Source: Macrostomum lignano (Eukaryota). From it: DNA of 64,000 nt. The notes under the pieces were generated by a model. It was not told where the DNA came from. It searched no databases and was given only the letters and a program-made list of their open reading frames with translations. Made by a program: the position numbers and the translations under genes. The stretch lies in NCBI GenBank assembly GCA_002269645.1, contig NIVC01000176.1:1-64000 (forward strand), read 5' to 3'. Shown one piece after another: positions 1-8,611 of this stretch; positions within the stretch are counted from its first letter, which is position 1; each line of letters begins with the position of its first letter.

Positions 1-1
1 A

Positions 2-1152
2 ATTGATTGGACTGCTTACTATCATGACAAAAGCTATAGAGATGCTGAAAAGACGTCTTCAACTCCAGAGGAAGCCCTAGCAAAGAAGCATTATTGCTGA
101 TGAAAAAATGATAGCTGATTTAGATGCTATTCCAACCAGCGACTTGTCGGTAAAGGAGAGACTCATTAGAAATCTAGTAAAGCGTATTATCAATGCTAAA
201 GTTCGGTTTGGATTAGGAATTCATACTCACAACCCCAACAATTGTATAGACTGTCTAACAATTTATGGTAAGGGTCTTAGCTATGAAGATGCAGTAAAAT
301 TGCATAGGGAATACAGAAAGCCAAGAGTATTTAGAAAAATGATTCACTATGCAAAAGACACAATTTGGCATGCAGATATCATTATCCTACCGCCCGAAAG
401 AGGTTACAAATATGCTCTCACTATCATAGATGGTTTTACACGTTACGCCTGGGCAGTTCCTTTGAAAACAAAGACGGGAGCGGAAGTTGCAGAAGCTTTC
501 CAAAAAGTATTTAAGGAATCAGGAAGACGATCAGAGAGACTTTGTGTAGATGAAGGCAAGGAGTTTTATAATCAGCATATGTACAAGCTATACTCGTTTT
601 CAAAAGACAACATTAGAAAGAAGGATGAAAGGGGTGAATATATTAACAAGATGTTTCAATTTATGGCGAGTCAAGAATGCAATGATTGAGAGGTTCAATC
701 GTACTCTCACAAATAAACTCTGGTTTGAATTTGATCTACAGGGTAATCAGAAGTGGCTCCACACATTGCCAGCTATTGTTGAAAAATACAACAACACAAT
801 CCATTCTGAGATTCTGATAACTCCTTCAGAAGCATCTAAACATCCTGAGCGAGTACCAAAGCCAACTTTCGAGTATTCAAATGAGAAACCAAACTTCAAA
901 GTAGGTGACAAAGTTCATATCTATAGATATAAGGAGCACTTTGAAAAGGGTCGAAGAGGATATTGGAAAATTTCAGAAGTGTTTAGGATAAAGAAAATAG
1001 TTTACTCCAATCCCATAACCTACATTATTGAGGATGAGAATGGAGAAGAAATCATTGGATCATTTTACAAATCCCAGCTTCTACCAGCAAATTTTTCAAC
1101 TAAAAATGAGCGCCTATCGAACAAACTGCAAACGGGCGAAAGGTCAGATTGA
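2..1152 (+). CDS. PLA2-like domain in frame with retroviral-type (rve) integrase; 5'-partial, frameshifted near 91 and 650-675
   Basis: Frame from nt 2 reads IDWTAYYHDKSY (HDxxY PLA2 motif); after a 1-nt shift near 91 it continues ADEKM...NAKVRFGLG. Integrase triad follows: WHADII (D), CVDEGKEF (D), MIERFNRTL (E), then the Maverick-type tail PITYIIEDENGEEIIGSFYKSQL. Joins track ORFs 108..689 and 550..1152. Confidence 0.88.
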
Positions 1153-1528
1153 AACGTCTGATTCACAACTACTAGCTGATAAAGAGGGTGAAGGAATTGG
1201 TGATATGATCAGTGGTGTCACAAACTTTTTATCAAATCATGGAAGTAAAATTGTGAGTGGAGCTGATGCAATAGGTAAAACAGCTACCACAGCGAAGAAC
1301 ATATTCGATGCGAAGAAATCATACAGTGACATGTCTAAAGCAGGTGAGGAACTGGAATATATTAAAAAGAAACGTAGAGATAAAGAAGCAAAGAAAAGAA
1401 TGGAAGAAGAGCAACAGATAGCTTCTCAATCAAATAAGGCTATTCAAGATATTGTTAAAAAGGCTCTAGGAACAGCAGAACAGTCTCAAGTGTCTTTGAG
1501 ACAAGGCAATGGTTTGAAGAAATTCTGA
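1106..1528 (+). CDS. Small putative virion core/membrane-lytic protein (amphipathic helix after GEG site)
   Basis: ATG at 1106 in the TAAAAATG context shared by neighbouring genes. KEGEG is followed by IGDMISGVTNFLSNHGSKIV, a charged coiled coil and RQGNG. Confidence 0.7.
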   Translation: MSAYRTNCKRAKGQIETSDSQLLADKEGEGIGDMISGVTNFLSNHGSKIVSGADAIGKTATTAKNIFDAKKSYSDMSKAGEELEYIKKKRRDKEAKKRMEEEQQIASQSNKAIQDIVKKALGTAEQSQVSLRQGNGLKKF

Positions 1529-1536
1529 CCTTAAAA

Positions 1537-1965
1537 ATGAGCGAGAAAAACACTGAAGCAAGACTCAATCGATATGTTCGAGAGGGAAAACCAAGATATG
1601 TTACTGTAAATAAGCAAAAGCAATATCTTTCTAAAGAGAAGATTCGAGAATTGCAAGAGAAACAGAAAGAACATGAAGGTGGAATAATTCCTCTATTAGG
1701 CTTACTACCAGCAATATTGGGTGGTATCGGAGCAGCCTCCGGAGTTGGTACAATGATTGCAAAAAGTGTTAATACAGCCAACAATGCTAAGCATAATAAG
1801 ACAATAGAAAGCATTGAACGACAAAAACTAGAAGAGTTGAAAAAGGCTCAAGGGAGTGGAGTGTTAGTTGATGCGGCTAAAAGAGTCGAACAAGTACCCA
1901 GCGAAGCAGTCAAGTGGCTGCTAAAGACTTTAAAGTTGAAAAGGAGAAACAGGGTAATGGGATAA
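1537..1965 (+). CDS. Basic core protein precursor with adenovirus pX(mu)-like hydrophobic segment
   Basis: 142 aa, TAAAAATG start, basic N-terminus, then GGIIPLLGLLPAILGGIGAASGVG and AQGSG. Confidence 0.72.
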   Translation: MSEKNTEARLNRYVREGKPRYVTVNKQKQYLSKEKIRELQEKQKEHEGGIIPLLGLLPAILGGIGAASGVGTMIAKSVNTANNAKHNKTIESIERQKLEELKKAQGSGVLVDAAKRVEQVPSEAVKWLLKTLKLKRRNRVMG

Positions 1966-2008
1966 TTCTTAGACCTCACGAAGCTTAGTTGAAATTTCTC
2001 GTATAAAA

Positions 2009-3370
2009 ATGGAGAACAAAAAGGATATACTGAACCTATATGAGGACAAAACTTTTAGCTTTTTCAAAAAGAAAGAAGACTATATTAAGATTTCTCCAAC
2101 ACCAGTAGCACTAATAATCTCAATGTTGCAGGAGGTCAAATAGTTCATGAAGTCAATTCAACAGAGTCATACATTCTCATGTCAGAGGCATTCGGTTGTA
2201 TAAAATACTCAATAACACAACGAGATAACACCGACTTGAATACGAACATTACTCTAGAACATAATTGGCCTATGAGACTTTTCTCTCAACTCATAGTTGA
2301 CATTGGAGGAACAAAGAAAGTCTATAATGATCCTGGAGAGTATGACACAATCTTAAAGTCCGTAATGTACTCAAAATTGATGAATGAAGTTGGAGAAGCA
2401 TACGGATGGATTCCAGACACTGGAGATGCTGGGACTGTTTCTGATATAGCTCTAGCAAACAACGCAGATGCTGAAGCTGTGAGAACTGCAGCAATCGCTA
2501 TGAAAAATAGACTCAATAAGAAGGATTCGAATACTGGATACATTAGGAGGCTTGAAAATTATAACAATGTCACTAATGCTCCAAACAGAGGTGGAACAAT
2601 CAAACTATCATTAACACCCCTCATTGGGTTCCTTGATTGGCAGAAGATTAGCAAAGGAATTAAATATAAATTCACATGGACAAGAAAGACTAACGATGCT
2701 GAAATTTTCTTTGGAGCTGCCGGGACGGAAGCTAAGTTAACTATTAATAGCTTTGAGATTTGGATCCCTGCTATTACTTTGTCACCCAGTGCTGAAGCAG
2801 CTTTTCTAAAATCACTCAACAAGGACATTACAGTATCATTTCCAGAGAGGGTAACGGTTCCGCCACAACTCATTCAAGGAAGTCCATATACATGGAACAT
2901 AGCCAACATCTCCAATATGCCACTTGCAATCTTTGTAGCTTTCAAATATGACGTAAACAACCCATCATATATAGTTAATGATCACAAGTATGTGTCTTAC
3001 AAAACTGGAGCAAATGCAGTGAAAATAACCCAGCTTCAAGTCAGATTAAATCAGGTGATGTATCCGAATGATTATGTTGAAATTGATCCAGTAGCTCAAG
3101 ACATTCACAGAGCATATGAAATGTACGGACATCTGCAGCCGTTTCGGTGTAACTCCACCATTTAATAAACAAGACTTTCTAACCATCTATCCAATCTTTT
3201 GCTTTGATCTAACAGCTCAGGATGAGTTTCTTGTCAAGAGTGGAGTGAATATTCAATTATTTATCAAGAAGTCAACTAATGTTGAGCTGACTGCTTTTGC
3301 ACTAATTCTTGAACAAACAAAGAATGTAATAAAAGTTACCAGTGAATATCAAATGACCCGCGTCGAATAA
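2009..3370 (+). CDS. Major capsid protein (double jelly-roll, Polinton type); two frameshifts near 2105 and 3126
   Basis: Starts at TAAAAATG (2009, MENKKDILNLYED). One added G gives ISPTPGSTNNLNVAGGQ, joining ORF 2179..3165; a second shift joins 3116..3370 with the Polinton MCP C-terminal motif YPIFCFDL. Reconstructed length about 450 aa; lies next to the ATPase. Confidence 0.85.
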
Positions 3371-3391
3371 GGTCATTTTTTCTTTTTTTAA

Positions 3392-4165
3392 ATGCCCAAA
3401 GTAAAATTTCAGCATGATCCTATTTTCCCTAATCCTCTTTTATGTTGTATTATCGGCGCTACAAATACGGGTAAAACATATTTACTATTCCATATTCTTA
3501 CAAGTCCTGAAAAACTAGTTGACTTTAATGAGTTAGTTTTATATGTTCCCAGAGCATCTCAAATGGATCCAGAGTATCAGTTTCTAAAATATGGCTTTGA
3601 AAATGGTCTCCCACCTTCTCTTATCAACTCACTCTATCATGTCTACCAGGTGAGTGAGGATGCATCTCCTGAAGATATTAGACATATTTGTCGAGAGGCA
3701 GCCAACCCTGGTCGAGTGCAAAGCACATCAGAAAATTCAGAAGTAATAGAGAAAATTCCTGTCACTCTTTCCCATACTCCAAATGAAGAAATTTTTCATA
3801 ATGGACTAAAGACATGTGTGATATTGGACGATGTTTTGGGAGAGGCTAATCAAACATTTCAGGAAAGTCTGTTTCAGAGAGGCAGGCATGGAAACTGTTG
3901 TGGTTTTTATCTAGCTCAAAATTTTACCAAACTAGATCGCAATACTGTCAGGGAGAATACGACATGTTACATAATCTTTAAACAAAAAGATACAAACTTA
4001 AATCACATTGCTAGAAATATAGAAACGAATTATGAACCCGCTATATTCAAGGCTAAATGTAGAGAGGCTTGGAAAAAGAAGTATGGCTATATCTATATAA
4101 ATACAAGAGCTGATGAGGATGAGCAAGATTTGTATAAGGATGTTCTAACTAAAATCCCATTGTAA
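3392..4165 (+). CDS. A32-like genome packaging ATPase
   Basis: Walker A GATNTGKT, Walker B CVILDD, and RGRHGN...AQNF...RNTVREN typical of the FtsK/A32 family; intact 257 aa. Confidence 0.93.
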   Translation: MPKVKFQHDPIFPNPLLCCIIGATNTGKTYLLFHILTSPEKLVDFNELVLYVPRASQMDPEYQFLKYGFENGLPPSLINSLYHVYQVSEDASPEDIRHICREAANPGRVQSTSENSEVIEKIPVTLSHTPNEEIFHNGLKTCVILDDVLGEANQTFQESLFQRGRHGNCCGFYLAQNFTKLDRNTVRENTTCYIIFKQKDTNLNHIARNIETNYEPAIFKAKCREAWKKKYGYIYINTRADEDEQDLYKDVLTKIPL

Positions 4166-4167
4166 AA

Positions 4168-4899
4168 ATGACTAATGAATATATAAGAGAACTCATTAAT
4201 TTAGCAAAGCAGCGAGAAATGTACAAATCCAGAAATGATGCTCAACGCTATTTGAAAATTGGAGAAGAGAGTTTATATGCAAGAGTGGCTCCATTAGCTC
4301 AAAAACCTGTCACAGAAAAGCTCGATGAATTTATTGATGTCAATGCCAACCTTGTTGATAAACTTCAGAATCAAAAAGTTCCAGTTCCGCAATCAAGTAC
4401 ACCAAAAGGCCGATTTGAACCCCTAGAAGTATTTGACAAAATAATTGAAGAAATTGGAAAGATTCCAATAACTCAAAGACCAGCGCCTAGTATACGGATT
4501 CAAAAAACTGATGCTGGATATATATTTGGATCATCTGTAATAGATGTTGAATTCCATGAACAAGGTCGAGACATCATTGTCAACGAATTTCGAATGCCAT
4601 TTTCTGAAGATCTTGAAGAGTTGTTCAAAATGCCTAAAGTAACTGAAAATGGTGAAGAGCTGAAGCAATTCAAGATGCAAACATTGCAGGATTATGTTAA
4701 CATCATTGAACATTGTAAAAATCCAGCGGCCAAATCAAGTGGGAATTATAAGCAAGCAGTAAGGATATTGAAAGATAATCCACCAGGATATCGAGTAAAA
4801 CCGGGATCTGGACTCAGTGAAAGAGTGTTAACTTTATTAGCCGCCAAGGCAGAAGGACATAATAATGTTGATAAAGAGCTAGCAGAATTACTTGCTTAA
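4168..4899 (+). CDS. Conserved Polinton-type hypothetical (putative core) protein
   Basis: 243 aa, TAAAAATG start. N-terminal helix with QKPVTEKL; C-terminal GSGLSERVLTLLAAKAEGHN resembles the RLxLLxAxxxAGN helix I recall from Maverick ORFs. Confidence 0.65.
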   Translation: MTNEYIRELINLAKQREMYKSRNDAQRYLKIGEESLYARVAPLAQKPVTEKLDEFIDVNANLVDKLQNQKVPVPQSSTPKGRFEPLEVFDKIIEEIGKIPITQRPAPSIRIQKTDAGYIFGSSVIDVEFHEQGRDIIVNEFRMPFSEDLEELFKMPKVTENGEELKQFKMQTLQDYVNIIEHCKNPAAKSSGNYKQAVRILKDNPPGYRVKPGSGLSERVLTLLAAKAEGHNNVDKELAELLA

Positions 4900-4901
4900 A
4901 A

Positions 4902-5697
4902 ATGGAAAAAGAAATAGAAAAAGTCAACATCCTCTTGAGTAAAAAGTTTCAACGCACATTTGACTTCTTTTCAATTAAAAACCCATTTCGACAAACTCTA
5001 GGCACTCCTATAAATTTGTATGAAGATCGAGAATACGAAGCTGGTATAAAAAAGTTTGCAGTCTTTGATGCTATTAACAATATTGAAGGAGGCAATAATG
5101 AGTTGCGATACTCGAGGGATAGTGGTAGAACATGGAAAAAAATAAAGATTCAAGCGGGATCTTGGGAAGTTAAAAGTCTGTCAAGCGAGATTCAAAGATT
5201 GCTAACAGCTGCAAATGATTGGAAAGAGGGGGCTATTGTTTTCAGTGCAAGCCTAGACACGCGTAGAGTTGAGTTACGGTTAGCCACAGATTATCAAGTT
5301 GATTTCAGGGATGCACATTCCAATAACTTTAGAAGACTGTTGGGATTCAATTCGGAAGTGTATTTGAAACCATTTGAGAGAGCTCCAAATCCAGCTCGGA
5401 TAGACGGAGCTAGAAGTGCGATCATGGTTCGTTGTCTAAATATCAAAGGGGGTTTATCACTGATCCAGCTAATGGAAATCATTTAATTGATAAGCAAATA
5501 CTTCTTTCAATTCCATCGTTCTCTGTCCCAATGGGAAGTAAAATTATTCAAGAGCCGCAAATCCTGTGTACCTACCACTAACTACAAACATGTTGAGCAC
5601 ATTCGACTTTGTCATCGAAGATGAGTCTGGTGTTCTATACGACTTTGATGGCGAGGAAATATTTATAAATCTCACATACGACAAATATGAGTGTTAA
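4902..5697 (+). CDS. Minor capsid (penton, single jelly-roll) protein; frameshifts near 5452 and 5560
   Basis: ORF 4902..5486 (IKIQAGSWEV, RRLLGFN, AIMVRC). Two +1 corrections continue it as GGFITD...EPQNPVYLPL...IEDESGVLYDFDGEEIFINL to TAA at 5695-5697, matching the Polinton minor capsid C-terminus. Confidence 0.82.
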
Positions 5698-5699
5698 AA

Positions 5700-6131
5700 A
5701 TGAGCGAAGCTGAGACATGGAATGCATTTAAACAAAAGTTTGGGACTGACACTACGACTAATATTGATCTGATAAATTGGGCAAAATATCTCAAGTTAAA
5801 ACCATTTCGCTATGCCATGAGAGATGAAATTGTTGATTTACCACAGTATGGTTACTTTATGACAAATATTCACACTTCGAAAGAACGGGGTATACATCAT
5901 TCAGCTATATTTTCAGCTCCTGATAAGGTTTATTTTTTTGATTCCTATGCACTACCGCCCACACTGGAAATTATGGAAAAGTTTAATCACACAAAGAATA
6001 GAATATGTGGAGACATGGAAGAACAAATTCAAACTTTTGATAAGAAATATTGTGGTCAAATGTCGCTGTACTTTTTACACCGAATCGATAAAGGAGATAG
6101 CTATAACGAAATTTTGCAGCAATTAAAATGA
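5700..6131 (+). CDS. Adenain-like (Ulp1 fold) cysteine maturation protease
   Basis: Catalytic His (RGIHHSA), Asp (YFFDSYALPP) and Gln/Cys (QIQTFDKKYCGQMSLYFL) in the expected order. The ATG at 5700 (TAAAAATG) is preferred over the GTG at 5691. Confidence 0.92.
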   Translation: MSEAETWNAFKQKFGTDTTTNIDLINWAKYLKLKPFRYAMRDEIVDLPQYGYFMTNIHTSKERGIHHSAIFSAPDKVYFFDSYALPPTLEIMEKFNHTKNRICGDMEEQIQTFDKKYCGQMSLYFLHRIDKGDSYNEILQQLK

Positions 6132-7535
6132 GTTACAAGAATACTGCCAATCAATTTGGTTACTCGTCAAATTCAAATGATATAGCACCTGGAATAACAA
6201 TAGCGTTAGCTGATGATCGCTACATCAATGAAAATGAAGGATATAAGAGAGAGGAAATAGATAATTTATTGTTAGCAAAGAGAAATGTTTCAGACTCTTA
6301 TTCAAAGGAAGATAGTGACGCAATGAATATCACCATGCTACAATTAATTGACGATGCTCATGGGCGCGTAAACAATGTCTACACAAAAACCGAAACTGAC
6401 ACTAAGATGTATTCTAAAACTGAGATTGACACTAAGATGTATTCTAAAACTGAGATTGACACTAAGATGTATTCTAAAACTGAGATTGACACTTTGTTAG
6501 CAGAATGGCAAGGTACTGCGGGAGGTACAGAGAGTTCGAAATTAGTCAATATTCTTTCATTACTGACTTCAAACGCTTCCCATTCTGACATGAAAGTGAC
6601 CGCTTCTCATAACTCTTCAGCAGCATATCATGTTGCAGATTCAAACCCAGCTTCAGATTGGAGCAGTGCAGATGACTCAGACAAGTGGATACGATTTCAA
6701 TTTTTGAAAAGAGCTAGGAAAGTTGTAGAGATAAAGTTGGAAGGAGAGGTGTGGCCTGGTTGGTCTGTTAGTGTGAGCCTAAATGGAACAAACTGGACAC
6801 CTGTTGAACAAAGTGCACCCATTGAACTACGAAGGGCAATGCACATCTTAGGAAAAAAATACCCAATCCCTCATATTATTTCCATTATTTCTTAATTTTT
6901 CTGGTTCCGTAAAGCTTACAAAAGTTGAATTACTTGAGAGACAAACAGTGGTTAATGATTTAGTGTGGCCTATAGATAGACTTCAAGCTGTACCAAAGCT
7001 ATACGTAGACAATGCACTTGAATCAGTGGAGCTGCGACTAAGGCGGGGACTAGGTTTCAAATCTTATACAGGATATATTCCCTCACTAGCAACACGTCAA
7101 AACTATAGAGAAAGGGGTTTCAATGTAGCGTCATCAGGAGCATTTGAAACGTCAGATAATTGGGGTTATATAGTATCTAATTCAGAATGGGCATCGAGGA
7201 ATGAACCCAATTCTTACATTGAAGTACAACTTCCCGAGTCTATTCAAATTTGGAAATTCGGATTGAAAGGAACCAAAGCAGTAGGTAGTGAAATTATAAA
7301 AAATCAACCAAAAAGTTTTATTCTGAAAGGGAGCAATAACAAGAGAGACTTTAGGAATATTTTTTCTACCGAAAACGCTGGTTTAGTTCCTGGAGTCATG
7401 AAATATTTTGAAGTAGCTTCCACCGAAAAATTCTCTGTTTATAGAGTGCATATTAATTCAGCCACTGAAGGATCAACCGTTCTTATTGTTTCAGGCTTTC
7501 AACTTTATCCGATTTTAGACATAATCGCCACATAA
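6128..7535 (+). CDS. Putative fibre/receptor-binding protein with YSKTEID repeats and two discoidin (F5/8 type C)-like domains; frameshifted at 6825-6895
   Basis: Contains 10-aa repeats MYSKTEIDTK, discoidin-like motifs (SDWSS...WIRFQF...WSVSVSLNGTNWT; EWAS...YIEVQLPE...PKSFILKGSNN...FSVYRVHI) and a KLYVD fibre motif. Two +1 corrections join ORFs 6128..6895 and 6948..7535. Confidence 0.72.
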
Positions 7536-7537
7536 AA

Positions 7538-8278
7538 ATGAATGAAAAAAATGAACACATCTATCCTGTGGTTGAGCTGCATGAAGCAGATTTGAGGGAG
7601 CGGGACTATTTCAATCAGAGAAAGGGTGAAATCAAAGGCAGTATTGAATGCATTACTAAAGATCTTACAATTTATAGCAAAAAGGTAAAAAAGTACAAAC
7701 GGCAAAGTAGCAGGATAAATTGGATCAACATTGTGACAGGAAATGTAAGTCTCTTGGCTGCTACAGGAATTGGCATAGCAACATCGATACTGACATTGAA
7801 TCCCTTAGTTATTGGAGTAGTAATCGGGGCAATGAGTGGTTTTGAAGCTGTAAAATCCACGTCGTTGTTTGCAACTGTGAAAATTCATTGCCAAAAGCAG
7901 AAGGCAAAATACATTGTTCTCAGAGATCTGGCAAATCAATATAGAGAGAGATTGTATATTTACTCCCAAAAAGCAGTTGATGATTATAGATTAACTCTTG
8001 AAGAGGTTCAAGCAGCTGCTGCAATTTATTCAGAATACAGAGAAAAAAGAGATCAATTGTTAGACGCCTGTGTTGCGCCTGAAGAAGTTAACCATTCGGA
8101 AGTCGTTGATAAAATCCTCAAAGAGAGTAGACTTGGTCATTCAGCGAAGGAAAAAATTAAAAAGGAATTACTAGAAAAAGATCTGAGAGAAAAATTGGGT
8201 CTAGCTGATAAGCCAAAAGAGTACTCGGCAACACTCAATCTTCAATCAAATGCTCCAAGTGCACCTCCCTACAATTAA
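7538..8278 (+). CDS. Viral protein with hydrophobic helical hairpin and C-terminal PSAP motif
   Basis: 246 aa, TAAAAATG start; about 50-aa hydrophobic Gly/Ala-rich stretch between coiled coils; ends APSAPPYN. Confidence 0.75.
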   Translation: MNEKNEHIYPVVELHEADLRERDYFNQRKGEIKGSIECITKDLTIYSKKVKKYKRQSSRINWINIVTGNVSLLAATGIGIATSILTLNPLVIGVVIGAMSGFEAVKSTSLFATVKIHCQKQKAKYIVLRDLANQYRERLYIYSQKAVDDYRLTLEEVQAAAAIYSEYREKRDQLLDACVAPEEVNHSEVVDKILKESRLGHSAKEKIKKELLEKDLREKLGLADKPKEYSATLNLQSNAPSAPPYN

Positions 8279-8303
8279 TATTGTATAATTTTTTTTCTAG
8301 AAA

Positions 8304-8609
8304 ATGGCTGCAATAAAAGTTCTCCTAAATGCATACCAAGATGAAATAAAGCGCATTGATAGAGAAATACAAATAAATAACTTTAGGGAGGTGCGTACAC
8401 ATTGTGGAATAATAGAACCGGATTATGGATATATTGATAAATTAAGTGATCGCAAATGTTTTCTTGAAACTGCTATTGTTTTTGCAGAAGCATTTATTGA
8501 AGATGAAATCGACAAGTTAGTTAAAAAAATAAAAGAGATCAGGAAGTATGTTGAGTTTAATGATCAGCGCAAGAAACTTCTTAAGCAATTGAATTGTTTG
8601 GTTTTTTAA
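8304..8609 (+). CDS. Small helical hypothetical viral protein
   Basis: 101-aa ORF with AAAATG start, converging tail-to-tail with PolB (2-nt gap). Confidence 0.55.
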   Translation: MAAIKVLLNAYQDEIKRIDREIQINNFREVRTHCGIIEPDYGYIDKLSDRKCFLETAIVFAEAFIEDEIDKLVKKIKEIRKYVEFNDQRKKLLKQLNCLVF

Positions 8610-8611
8610 AC

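Noticed and set aside
640-690. Programmed ribosomal frameshift in the integrase
   Set aside because: No clear slippery heptamer; two homopolymer corrections restore a family-like sequence, as at several other sites.
1028-1105. Track start at 1028 for the pVI-like ORF
   Set aside because: It overlaps the integrase C-terminus; ATG 1106 has the shared TAAAAATG context.
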